From positions 512,001 to 576,000 of the forward strand of contig CAXXHO010000003.1 in NCBI GenBank assembly GCA_963667725.2: DNA of 64,000 nt, in the 5' to 3' direction. A program made the translations under genes and the position numbers. This document shows positions 17,575 to 26,426 of this stretch, one piece after another. Below the pieces are notes generated by a model. It was not told the DNA's origin, did no database searches, and saw only the letters and a program-made list of their open reading frames with translations. Source of the stretch: Treponemataceae bacterium. GTDB lineage: Bacteria; Spirochaetota; Spirochaetia; Treponematales; Rectinemataceae. The first letter of the stretch is position 1. The number at the start of each line of letters is the position of its first letter.

Positions 17575-18387
17575 ATGTATTACAATAAATTGACTATTAT
17601 TCGAAAAATATTTGATGGTGGACAAAAAAATGTTTTTCTTGCGAATGATTCTAGTGACACAACTATAGTATATAAGCTTTGTAAACCGAAAAATGATTAT
17701 CAACTTGAGCGATTTAAAAGGGAGCTGATGTTTTTACACTCCCAACATAAATCTTGTTTTCCGTTTGTTATTGATTATCATATTGATGAAAGAACAAAAG
17801 AAATCGAAATAATTGAAGAGTTTATTGATGATGGATCATTAACCGATCGCTTGAATAATATCTGGACAGAGAATGATTGTGTTATTTTCCTTAAGAAAAT
17901 ACTAGAGCCCTGTATTGAATTATGGAGCAAGAATATAGTACATCGAGATATAAAACCTGATAATATAATGTTTAGAAAGAATGGCGAACTTGTGCTTATC
18001 GATTTAGGAATAGCTCGTTTCATTGACTACTCTTCAATAACTAATACCTTAAATATTATGGGTCCTTGTACTCCAATTTATGCAGCACCTGAGCAAATTA
18101 TTAATCAAAAAAGGTTTATCGATTTTCGCACAGATTTGTTTTCTATAGGCATAGTAGTTCTTCAGCTGTTTTTAGGTTTTCATCCATTTGATCCATGCAA
18201 AATAACTAACAGCAAAGCTGATATTATTCAAAACATTTTAGCGGGGGTTTATGCATCAGCGAAAAGCAAAAATTCTTGTAGCGAATACTTTAGTATTTTA
18301 ACTAATAAGCTGCTGAAAACAAGGCAATACCAAAGATTCAGTTCTGTCGATGAATTAAATAAGTTCATTTCTACAAACTGGGGGTAA
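17575..18387 (+). CDS. Cassette 7a: Hanks-type Ser/Thr protein kinase
   Basis: GGQKNVF, VYK, RE, HRDIKPDN, DLG, YAAPEQ, DLFSIG. Confidence 0.92.
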   Translation: MYYNKLTIIRKIFDGGQKNVFLANDSSDTTIVYKLCKPKNDYQLERFKRELMFLHSQHKSCFPFVIDYHIDERTKEIEIIEEFIDDGSLTDRLNNIWTENDCVIFLKKILEPCIELWSKNIVHRDIKPDNIMFRKNGELVLIDLGIARFIDYSSITNTLNIMGPCTPIYAAPEQIINQKRFIDFRTDLFSIGIVVLQLFLGFHPFDPCKITNSKADIIQNILAGVYASAKSKNSCSEYFSILTNKLLKTRQYQRFSSVDELNKFISTNWG

Positions 18388-18391
18388 GAAC

Positions 18392-19582
18392 ATGCTTTTA
18401 TTACATCAAACTGGTAATAATTACAAATGGAACATTCAAAGCTTTACTGAAGATCATATTGGTGACGGATTAATTCTGTCGCCAATAAATACTAGTTATA
18501 AAAATCTTGAAGCGTTACCAAAAGCAATTATAGAAAAATCTGTTTTTGACCCTCAATTATTAATGCCATCTAATGGGAATGGAAAACTTACAACATACCC
18601 ATATTTTCCTACTTCAATATTGCCTTCGTATAGATCTACTGATTATGAATCAATAAAAAAAGAAATTGCACGACAATATACTCAGATGATTATTAAGCTT
18701 GGATTTAAAAAAATTATTATACCAAATAGATACAGTGATATTGAATCCTCGACATATCTTGAAAACATACAAAGCAATTTTATAGAACCATATTGCAATG
18801 AAATTCCTTCATCTCTGAAGATAGCAAAATATTTAACTATATTCGTCAACAAAACAAGGCTTATTGATGATGAAGCAAGAGATACAATGCTTGACTGGAT
18901 AACAGGTCTTTCAGAAATAGATGGTATATATCTTATATTTGATATTAAACGAACAACAAAGCAGATAAAGGACGTAGATATTTTAGCCGAAGCACTGTTT
19001 TTTGTAAAATCAGTTGAATCATCTGGTAAAAGAGTTATAATCGGCTTCACGAATACAGAAGGAATTTTATTTTCTATTGCTGGGCCTGAAGCTATAACAT
19101 GTGGCAGTTATGAAAACTTACGTAACTTTAGTATGTCAATAAGTCGATTTGCTAAAAAGGAAAAGGAAAAAAAAGGTAGACGGGGACCAAACGCACGATT
19201 GTATAGTGCCGTACTAATACAATGGATTGAATATAACTATGTTAAGGCTTTAGTAAAGAATCGTTATAGCCGATTATATGAAATATTCGCTGATTCAAAG
19301 TATCGGCCCTTATTCTTTGAGCCAACTTATAACTGGCATTTTGGAAGATCGGAACTATATAAACATTTTTTCATAGAGATTGATCGACAAGTAAAAGACC
19401 TCCCAGATGATCTTGATGAAAGAAAAAATTATTTGCTTTCAGCTATAAAGAATGCAATTACTATTTATGAAGATATTGCTCAGAGTGGTATATTACTTGA
19501 TTCTGATAGTAATGGAACGCATCTCAATGGATGGTTCAATGCAATCACTATATATGATAGATTAGTTAGGGAGCGGTTATAA
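18392..19582 (+). CDS. Cassette 7b: hypothetical protein, possibly TIM-barrel/beta-protein-like
   Basis: HQTG, ILSP, FDPQ motifs; alternating beta/alpha pattern; 4 nt after kinase stop. Confidence 0.6.
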   Translation: MLLLHQTGNNYKWNIQSFTEDHIGDGLILSPINTSYKNLEALPKAIIEKSVFDPQLLMPSNGNGKLTTYPYFPTSILPSYRSTDYESIKKEIARQYTQMIIKLGFKKIIIPNRYSDIESSTYLENIQSNFIEPYCNEIPSSLKIAKYLTIFVNKTRLIDDEARDTMLDWITGLSEIDGIYLIFDIKRTTKQIKDVDILAEALFFVKSVESSGKRVIIGFTNTEGILFSIAGPEAITCGSYENLRNFSMSISRFAKKEKEKKGRRGPNARLYSAVLIQWIEYNYVKALVKNRYSRLYEIFADSKYRPLFFEPTYNWHFGRSELYKHFFIEIDRQVKDLPDDLDERKNYLLSAIKNAITIYEDIAQSGILLDSDSNGTHLNGWFNAITIYDRLVRERL

Positions 19583-20013
19583 TGTTTCAATCAGAGAGTG
19601 ATTTATCTTTTGCATTTAAAAAAATTTTACCGACTACACATTGGGCAAATACTGAAGTGTTCGAAGAGGTTGAAGGACTATTAGGCATTCCTGATTTTAT
19701 TCTAATTAAAAAAAACAGAAAAACAAATGTTGCAATTGGTGTTGAACTCAAGTTATCTAACTGGCAAAGAGCAATGAATCAGGCGTTTAAGTATAAAACA
19801 TTCTGTAATATGAGTTATGTTATAATGGATGATGCACATATTGAACCGGCAAAGAAAAAACTTCCTGATTTCATCCGTTATAATATTGGTTTGGCTAGTA
19901 TTGATGATAATAAACATGAAATAAAATATTTTTATAAGCCTATAATGCAAGAACCATATTCTGAAGAGCTAAACACGAAACTATATCAGAAGTTATTCGC
20001 AAGTATATATTAA
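19582..20013 (+). CDS. Cassette 7c: small PD-(D/E)XK nuclease-fold protein (MmcB/sce7726-like)
   Basis: EEV...GIPDF...GVELKLSNWQRAMNQAFKY; TAATG coupling. Confidence 0.7.
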   Translation: MFQSESDLSFAFKKILPTTHWANTEVFEEVEGLLGIPDFILIKKNRKTNVAIGVELKLSNWQRAMNQAFKYKTFCNMSYVIMDDAHIEPAKKKLPDFIRYNIGLASIDDNKHEIKYFYKPIMQEPYSEELNTKLYQKLFASIY

Positions 20014-20018
20014 CAGCG

Positions 20019-20140
20019 GCATAATAACCGCTTTTACCTTATTCGAATTGACTAGAATATTCATAGGTCTTGAAAAACCATTGGTTCTCTGTATGCACAG
20101 TATCGAGTGACGGAATAAAGATTAAGCGAAAATGTTAGGT
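20019..20140 (+). repeat. attC site 7 (R'' AAC to AAT)
   Basis: GCATAAT-AACCG-CTTTTACC...GATTAAGCGAAAAT-GTTAGGT. Confidence 0.65.
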
Positions 20141-20258
20141 GGACGCTATACGCGGGAAAAAACAATCAAACTTGTGAAATATGAGGGAGAAACTGATGGA
20201 ATAACAGCCGCCTTGATTGTTTGTTTTGTCTTGTGGACAGCCTGGCGGCGTTAGTATT

Positions 20259-20585
20259 CTATTCTTGCGAAACGACTAAATCCCAAGCACTGTTCATTCC
20301 TTCCAGCACAAACTTTGATTCATGATTGTTTTTTACATAATACAGATAATTACGCTGGTAAAAATTATACTCTTTCCCTGCTGTTTGAGTGGGCAGAACG
20401 ATGATGATTAACTGCGTCTTTTCAGTTAGCGTCTTGCTTACATCAGTGCTCAAGTTACATGAAGCTTTTTTCCTTCCACCAAGACACTTTGATTTCCATA
20501 CTATACTTCCATCAGATGCTTTTACCTCAAAGGTTGCTGACATCATTACCGCAGCATTCTGAAATGATAAAACCTGTGCTTCCAT
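20259..20585 (-). CDS. Hypothetical protein
   Basis: SD AAGGAG before ATG; 108 aa. Confidence 0.6.
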   Translation of the reverse strand: MEAQVLSFQNAAVMMSATFEVKASDGSIVWKSKCLGGRKKASCNLSTDVSKTLTEKTQLIIIVLPTQTAGKEYNFYQRNYLYYVKNNHESKFVLEGMNSAWDLVVSQE

Positions 20586-20905
20586 ACGATCTCCTTTTTT
20601 CTATTGATACGATAAATTATAAGTCCTATATTTAATAAAACAAGTAAATTCGTAAAAACAGAGAAAATCGGCTCCTTGTTATCTTCGAATAGAACCATAT
20701 GCGTAAGCCGCTTCCCTGGAATATAAGTATCCATCGGAAGACGAAGAAACTGGCATATGAACATGAGGGACTGTACCCGATGAGTATCCTGCCATTCAAC
20801 AAAAAGGGCAGGGGACTGGGACGGCATCCGAAATAGAGACCGGTCGCACTTTTCGAATACCTGATCCGGATGTAGGCGAATCCGGGCGCGATAGTATCCG
20901 AAAGT

Positions 20906-22087
20906 TCAGCCTTTTGTAGCTTTGTTGGCTCGTTTGTCGCCGCGGTCTTTGTCGAGTATGTCTTTCACCGAAAGTCCCTCTTTGTAGACTGTTTCGTCAT
21001 CCGGATGCTGGTACCCCTTCGAAGTGACCGAACTCGCGTGGCCCATAAGAAGCATAAGGGAAGCTTCGTCCAGAATTTCTAGCTTGTATGTTCCAAAACT
21101 GTGACGGAGGTAGTATGGCGTCCAGGTGGAATCCATGTATCCCAAACGCTTCATTGCACGTTCGAAGCAATTTCCTATTGAAGCTTCCGACACCGGGTTT
21201 GATCGGCCGGGAGCCGTAAACACGAAGTCCATATCGTCGGCAGTCATTGTCTGCTCTTTCCATATAAGCAATTCCTGAACCGTTCGCTCCGAAAGATATC
21301 CAGGTCGAACAATCCCCGTCTTTGTGGTCTTTACCTTGCTGTTTGTCCCTGATTCAATCGCTGTCCGGATAGGAACGAAACGCTTCTCAAGGTCTATCTG
21401 CCCCCACCTAATCGCCCGGAGTTCTCCAGGGCGTGCCCCCGTATCATTCATGGCGAAGAAGAATGCAACATACATTGGCGAACCATAGAGCTTGATGGCT
21501 TCGCCATGGGTAGCCGGATAAAGTATGACGATGACCTCACGGGGGAGGGCAGACCGGGGCTTTTCTGGGGCTTTATTGTATTTGACCACTCCTTCAAGAG
21601 GGTTTTCCTTGACGAGCCCTTGCTGGCGCCAATAGGTGAACATTAGAGAAAGCGCATAGAGCATCTTGTTCCGCGTGCCGCGGGCGTATGGGGAGCCATT
21701 GATCCTGTTGAGGCTTTTTATTGTGATATTGATCTCTGACGGCTCAAGCTCCTGGATGTTACAGGCACCGAAGACCTTCAGAAAATGGTTCTCGAGGAAG
21801 CCTTGATAGATGGCGAGGGTGGCATCGGTTCGCTTCCAGCCATGTTCTACCTGGTCGCGATCCCACGCCCCATCCTTGTTGAAGAATCCAACAGCGAGTT
21901 CGGAGAAGAGGTAGTCTTTCGCTCTGCCTAGAAGAACAAGGTGATTTCTCGACGCCCATTTCACGGCAGCTTCCCGGGTGCTCTCGGGAGACATGAACCA
22001 TTTTCCGGGGGCATCGTCGTATTCTACGCGAAAGCGTTTCTTCCCTGGTATCCACTGCGTCTTGATAGCTTTTTTCGGTCTGGGCAT
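20906..22087 (-). CDS. Phage-type tyrosine recombinase/integrase
   Basis: TGARPGEL (R), KT, YYLRHSF (HxxR variant), LMGH, YQH; N-terminal arm-binding-like and SAM-like domains; adjacent to tRNA. Confidence 0.92.
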   Translation of the reverse strand: MPRPKKAIKTQWIPGKKRFRVEYDDAPGKWFMSPESTREAAVKWASRNHLVLLGRAKDYLFSELAVGFFNKDGAWDRDQVEHGWKRTDATLAIYQGFLENHFLKVFGACNIQELEPSEINITIKSLNRINGSPYARGTRNKMLYALSLMFTYWRQQGLVKENPLEGVVKYNKAPEKPRSALPREVIVILYPATHGEAIKLYGSPMYVAFFFAMNDTGARPGELRAIRWGQIDLEKRFVPIRTAIESGTNSKVKTTKTGIVRPGYLSERTVQELLIWKEQTMTADDMDFVFTAPGRSNPVSEASIGNCFERAMKRLGYMDSTWTPYYLRHSFGTYKLEILDEASLMLLMGHASSVTSKGYQHPDDETVYKEGLSVKDILDKDRGDKRANKATKG

Positions 22088-22150
22088 ATGTCATTCTGAG
22101 GCTTTGGGCAAATATTTGTCAATATAAACACATACTTTTTCACATACCCT

Positions 22151-22203
22151 AAAAAAAGAGGCTGATAAATCCTTATAATAAAAGGATTTATCAGCCTCTT
22201 TTT
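22151..22203. terminator. Long hairpin with A/T tails downstream of tRNA-Glu (bidirectional terminator / att region)
   Basis: AAAAAAGAGGCTGATAAATCCTT-ataataa-AAGGATTTATCAGCCTCTTTTTT. Confidence 0.75.
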
Positions 22204-22275
22204 TAGCCCCTAGGGGAGTCGAACCCCTCTTTAAAGATTGAGAATCTTTTGTCCTAACCGATAGACGAAGGGGCC
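22204..22275 (-). tRNA. tRNA-Glu(CTC)
   Basis: GGCCCCTTCGTCTATCGGTTAGGAC-AAAGA-TTCTCAA-TCTTT...GGTTCGACTCCCCTAGGGGCTA. Confidence 0.95.
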
Positions 22276-22320
22276 TCGTGAAAGAAATGGCTCTCTGTTC
22301 GAGAGCCATTTCTTTCACGA
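22276..22320. repeat. Perfect inverted repeat between the two tRNAs
   Basis: TCGTGAAAGAAATGGCTCTC-tgttc-GAGAGCCATTTCTTTCACGA (20 bp stem). Confidence 0.8.
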
Positions 22321-22377
22321 GCGAGATTTTCGCCCGCGGCTCAAATCTCGCATCGCATCCGATCGGTAAAACCCAAG

Positions 22378-22448
22378 TTCCCCAGGGAGGATTTGAACCC
22401 CCACAAGCAGATCCAGAGTCTGCCGTGCTACCATTACACAACCGGGGA
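22378..22448 (-). tRNA. tRNA-Gln(CTG)
   Basis: TCCCCGGTTGTGTAATGGTAGCAC-GGCAGA-CTCTGGA-TCTGC...GGTTCAAATCCTCCCTGGGGAA. Confidence 0.95.
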
Positions 22449-22647
22449 ATGACGTCAACGGCAGATAAAATAGCGCAGCTGGCGCCCTTAGTCAATACCT
22501 CGGGAAGTTCAAAAAATAATCATGCCGATGAATAATCTTCATTGACAAGCCGCTATAAGGGATTTATTCTTAAAGAGAAAAAGATATGCACAAATGTGCA
22601 TTATAAATCGACAGGAATCCTGGTTTAGCCCTGGAGAGGAGAGAAGG

Positions 22648-23376
22648 ATGACAGGTGGAATCGCGCGCGGAACGGAGCGACTTTTCGACGATAAGGGGCA
22701 TCTCTTTCTTCTCGCCCTCGACCACTCCCAGAGCGGCGTGATGCCGGGGCTGGAAAATTCCGGCGGACTCATGACGAAACTAGCCGCTTCTGCCCTGGAT
22801 GGCTTCATCCTCAACATAGGCATGAGCGGGCTGATGGCCGCGCCGCCATTCCTCAGGAAGAAACTCGTACTGCGCACATCCTTCGGAGGATCCATGCTCG
22901 CGAGCGATTACTCGACCGTGCACGCCAACCATGTGAGTCCGGAAACCGCTCTCTCCGTCGGCGCCGACGCCGTCCTCATGATGGCGGTGATCGGCGGCAC
23001 GGATTACAGGAGCCTTCAGGCGCTCGCCGCCGATATCGACCGGTTTCACCAGCTTTCCATTCCCGTGATCGTGGAGATTCTCGCCGCCGACTTCACCAAG
23101 ACCAGCAGTTTCGACATTCAGTATCACGGGGCGCGGATAGCCGCCGAGCTGGGAGCCGATGTGGTGAAAGCTTTCTTCGTGGAGGGTTTCGACAAGGTGA
23201 CGGCCTGCTGTCCGGTGCCGGTCATTCTCGCCGGCGGACCCAAGGACCGCGACATCGCCGCCGTGGCGGCTCAGGCGCTCTCCGAGGGGGCGAGGGGATT
23301 CGCCTTTGGCCGTAACATCTTCCAGGCTGCCGATCCCGAAGCTGTCGTGGCTAAGTTAGGCGGACTTCTGAAATGA
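22648..23376 (+). CDS. Class I aldolase, DhnA/LsrF family
   Basis: ALDH, ARIAAELGADVVK (Schiff-base Lys), PVILAGGP, GRNIFQ. Confidence 0.9.
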   Translation: MTGGIARGTERLFDDKGHLFLLALDHSQSGVMPGLENSGGLMTKLAASALDGFILNIGMSGLMAAPPFLRKKLVLRTSFGGSMLASDYSTVHANHVSPETALSVGADAVLMMAVIGGTDYRSLQALAADIDRFHQLSIPVIVEILAADFTKTSSFDIQYHGARIAAELGADVVKAFFVEGFDKVTACCPVPVILAGGPKDRDIAAVAAQALSEGARGFAFGRNIFQAADPEAVVAKLGGLLK

Positions 23377-24389
23377 AGGCAGGTCCTGACGCTTCGACCA
23401 TCTACAGGATCGCTCGATATTACTATGTCGAGGGATTGTCTCAGGAGGAGATAGGAGCCAAGGAAGGTTTTTCCCGCTCCCAGATATCGAGGCTCCTCGA
23501 ACGGGCGAAGGATCTCGGATTAGTGAAGATCACCGTGCTTCCGCCGGCCGATCTGCGCACCGAAGAGTTGGCCAGGATCCTCGTGGACAGCCTGCGTCTG
23601 CGCACCGCGGTCGTGGTACCGGTGAGGAAGAACGCAGATGCCGACGACATAGCGCTGGCCATCGCCACGCGGGCGGCGGATTGTCTCCCCGGACTCCTGT
23701 CGAATTTCGGTGTCGTGGGGCTTGGCTGGGGCCACACCCTATACAGGACGGCCGAGCTGCTGCCCAGGAATTCCGACAAGGCAGGCAAGCCTCTTTTCGT
23801 GCCTCTCATCGGAACTTCCGGCGATGACAATCCCGATCTGCAGATAAACACGATCATCGATAGGTTCAGCTCCTCGTTCCGGTCCAAGGGCCTCTTCGTG
23901 AACATGCCTTCGGTGCGCGAAAAAGGCAGGCCGCTCTCGAAAATCGAGGAGAAGAGGATAGCGAGCCTTGAGGAATACTGGAACGCGATGGAAGCCGTGG
24001 TGATCGGGCTGGGCGTTCCTCCCTCGGAGTCCCCGAATCTGATAGCCGAACTCCCCATGGAATACAGGGACGAGCTCAAGAAAAGCGCGTCTTGCGGGGA
24101 TATTCTTGCCCATTATTTCGACGCCGGCGGAAAGATATTCGAGCCCGAGAACAGCTGCGATCTTCTGGCCTTCGACATCACGAAGCTCCCCGGAATCAGG
24201 CAATCGATCTGCCTTGCGGGGGGACGCAACAAGCACAGGGGGATCTTGGCCGCGGCCCGCTCCGGGTACATCACCGATCTCGTCACCGACGAATGGACGG
24301 CGCTCGCGGTTCTGGAACTCCTGGGCGAGGGGGGCAAGCTGCCGGCGGGAGCCCTTCATAAATCCGGACAGAAAGGGAGCGGCGCATGA
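23373..24389 (+). CDS. Sugar-binding transcriptional regulator, SorC/LsrR family
   Basis: ARYYYVEGLSQEEI HTH; GLGWGHTL; LVTDE. Confidence 0.92.
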   Translation: MKAGPDASTIYRIARYYYVEGLSQEEIGAKEGFSRSQISRLLERAKDLGLVKITVLPPADLRTEELARILVDSLRLRTAVVVPVRKNADADDIALAIATRAADCLPGLLSNFGVVGLGWGHTLYRTAELLPRNSDKAGKPLFVPLIGTSGDDNPDLQINTIIDRFSSSFRSKGLFVNMPSVREKGRPLSKIEEKRIASLEEYWNAMEAVVIGLGVPPSESPNLIAELPMEYRDELKKSASCGDILAHYFDAGGKIFEPENSCDLLAFDITKLPGIRQSICLAGGRNKHRGILAAARSGYITDLVTDEWTALAVLELLGEGGKLPAGALHKSGQKGSGA

Positions 24390-25354
24390 AAGCACTCGTC
24401 TATACGGGCATCGGATGCCTGGAAATGCGGGACATCCCCAAACCGGATGCCGATTTTATCGTAAAGGTCTCCGGTTGCGGCATATGCGGAACCGATCTTA
24501 AAACCTATCTCAAGGGGCATCATTTTTTCCCGCCTCCCGCGGTTCTGGGCCACGAGTTTTTCGGCGTCGTGGACAAGGCTTCCCCCGGAAGCGGATACAA
24601 GACAGGAGATCCCGTGGTTGTCGCGCCCTACGCTGAGTGCGGCTCCTGCTCGCTGTGCCGCGTGGGCGCGGGAACGCTCTGCAAACATAAGATGTTCGTG
24701 GACGGAGGCGCTTTCTGCGAATATGTGGGAATACCCGCCGGCTATGTAGGCACCGGGGTATTCCGCGTTCCCGCGGCCGATGACAGCTTTACCCTCGTGG
24801 AACCGCTCGCCTGCGTCCTGAACGGCATCGAGCACCTGAGGCTCAGGGAAGGAAGCAAGGCCCTCGTGGTGGGCTCAGGCCCCATGGGCGCGCTGTTCGC
24901 GCTGGTGTTCAAGGCTAAGGGAATCCCCGTCACCGTGGTCGAACTCGGAGCCCTGCGCAGGGAAAAAGTGGCGTCCTGGGGCATCGACGCGAGAGAGCCC
25001 GGGGCCGTGGCCGCCGCGGACTACGACAATATCGTCATCGCCGTGAATAAAAAGGAACTGGTGGCCGATTACGCTAAAGCCGTGGGGGACGCCGGCACCG
25101 TCCTCATGTTCGCCGGTCTCGGGAAGGAAGAGTCGGTCGCGATAGACGCCTACTCTATTCATTACAGGGAAGTGGCGCTCGTGGGCTGCTCGGGATACGC
25201 GATACGGCATTTCAGGCAGGCTCTCGCCCTCATCAAGGATCACAGGGAAGAATTCTCCCGCGTCATAACGCACAGGATGCCTCTCGCGGAAGGGGCGGAA
25301 GCCTTCAATCTGCTCTCTGGCGGTCAGGCCTTCAAGATAGTCCTGAAACCATAG
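24386..25354 (+). CDS. Zn-dependent alcohol/sugar-alcohol dehydrogenase
   Basis: CGTD, GHE, CGSCSLC..C, EPLAC, GSGPMG. Confidence 0.92.
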   Translation: MKALVYTGIGCLEMRDIPKPDADFIVKVSGCGICGTDLKTYLKGHHFFPPPAVLGHEFFGVVDKASPGSGYKTGDPVVVAPYAECGSCSLCRVGAGTLCKHKMFVDGGAFCEYVGIPAGYVGTGVFRVPAADDSFTLVEPLACVLNGIEHLRLREGSKALVVGSGPMGALFALVFKAKGIPVTVVELGALRREKVASWGIDAREPGAVAAADYDNIVIAVNKKELVADYAKAVGDAGTVLMFAGLGKEESVAIDAYSIHYREVALVGCSGYAIRHFRQALALIKDHREEFSRVITHRMPLAEGAEAFNLLSGGQAFKIVLKP

Positions 25355-25366
25355 GAACGGCGAACC

Positions 25367-26425
25367 ATGAAGCTTGGAATACTTTTCGGACCTGGCTCGG
25401 GCGACGGCGGTTCGATCCGCGCCGAGAAACTGCTCGCGCGGAGGCTCGAGGGGCAGGGCGTCGCCGTCTGCGAGGGCCTCTTCGGGGGAAGTTGGCGGCC
25501 GGGAGATGCCGGGGACTCCAGGGATTCAGGGGGCGCGGGAAATTCTGGGAATTCCGGAGCCCCAACACTCTGGCGGAGACTCGCCGTCGCGTCTTCGGGG
25601 CATCCTTCAGGCTACGTGGAAGAACTGCGCGCCGCGGTCGCCGCGCTCTCCGCCTGGGGAGCCGAACTCCTCGTATGCGTGGGAGGGGACGGGCTCGCCT
25701 CCTACGCGGCGGACGCCATGCTCGCTGGGATCAGGCCCATGCCGCTTCTGGGCATCGCCGCGGGCACGATAAACGTGGGGCCGATCGTCTCGCTGGGGCT
25801 GGACGGGATCGCCGATCTCGATCCGGAAAAGCTGAAGACAGAAAAGGTCGGCGCTGTCGAAGTATCGCTGGATGGCGCCCACCTCGCGTATGGATTCAAC
25901 GACATCGTCATCGGCGACACCTTTCTCGGCATGATGGATGGCGCGGCGAAAAGCCTCTCGGTCCGGGCCATGCTGGAGAAAGGCGAGAAACAAGAAGCTT
26001 CGCCTTCCCCCGACATCGTCGGCCCAGCCTTCGCGGTGAGGAAAAATGGGATCGGCATCGAGCCCGGCATGCGCGACCCTGCCCAGATCATCGTTTCGCC
26101 ACTCGGGAAGCGCGAATTCTACGCCAGGGCGATCGTTGGAGTCCTCTGCGACGCCGCATACATGAAGGGCGCGGCGGCCATGGCGCTCTTCGATTCGGTC
26201 ATCGTGAGAGCCGGAAGCCCGGAACGCGGCATATCCGATTTTTCCGCGACCGAGCAGCTTCTTTTCGGCCCGGGAGACTGGGTGGAAATAAGCGGCCTCG
26301 CCGCCTCCGGACAGATCGTCGTCGATGGGAATCCCTTCGCCCGCGTGGGCGATCGCGTTCGGTTCAGGTCGATGCCGGATCTGGTCGAGGTAGCCAAGCC
26401 GCATCATTTCGGTATGGAGGCATAG
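25367..26425 (+). CDS. NAD-kinase/AcoX-like fold protein
   Basis: GGDG, LGIAAGTIN, FND, VDGN motifs. Confidence 0.7.
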   Translation: MKLGILFGPGSGDGGSIRAEKLLARRLEGQGVAVCEGLFGGSWRPGDAGDSRDSGGAGNSGNSGAPTLWRRLAVASSGHPSGYVEELRAAVAALSAWGAELLVCVGGDGLASYAADAMLAGIRPMPLLGIAAGTINVGPIVSLGLDGIADLDPEKLKTEKVGAVEVSLDGAHLAYGFNDIVIGDTFLGMMDGAAKSLSVRAMLEKGEKQEASPSPDIVGPAFAVRKNGIGIEPGMRDPAQIIVSPLGKREFYARAIVGVLCDAAYMKGAAAMALFDSVIVRAGSPERGISDFSATEQLLFGPGDWVEISGLAASGQIVVDGNPFARVGDRVRFRSMPDLVEVAKPHHFGMEA

Positions 26426-26426
26426 G

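Larger units (their letters stand above)
6927..20140 (+). mobile_element. Integron-type gene-cassette array without intI (CALIN-like), 7 cassettes
   Basis: Co-oriented AT-rich ORFs each followed by an attC-type imperfect palindrome; start R' and end R'' of the same cassette are complementary. Confidence 0.85.
1..22203. mobile_element. Prophage/phage-like integrative element (right arm), integrated at tRNA-Glu 3' end; left end outside window
   Basis: Tyrosine integrase immediately downstream of tRNA-Glu 3' end; CI/S24 repressor with divergent operon of overlapping small phage-type genes (ParB, RusA, HTH); no structural genes within the window. Confidence 0.85.

Noticed and set aside
7671..20140. 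Repeats as a CRISPR array, REP elements or terminators
   Set aside because: The units are ~125 bp, separated by whole genes, have R/L box anatomy and no U-tracts; no cas genes are present.
20199..20256. GAATAACAGCCGCC...GGCGGCGTTAGTA as an eighth attC
   Set aside because: It has AAC/GTT ends but no L boxes or unpaired spacer; more likely a hairpin after the minus-strand gene.
20906..22087. Tyrosine recombinase as the integron integrase IntI
   Set aside because: It lacks a recognisable IntI-specific insertion, has a phage-type N-terminal domain, lies at the distal end of the array and abuts a tRNA. Activity on attC is not formally excluded.
22091..22535. ORFs 22091..22495 and 22278..22535
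   Set aside because: They are translations across tRNA-Glu and tRNA-Gln.
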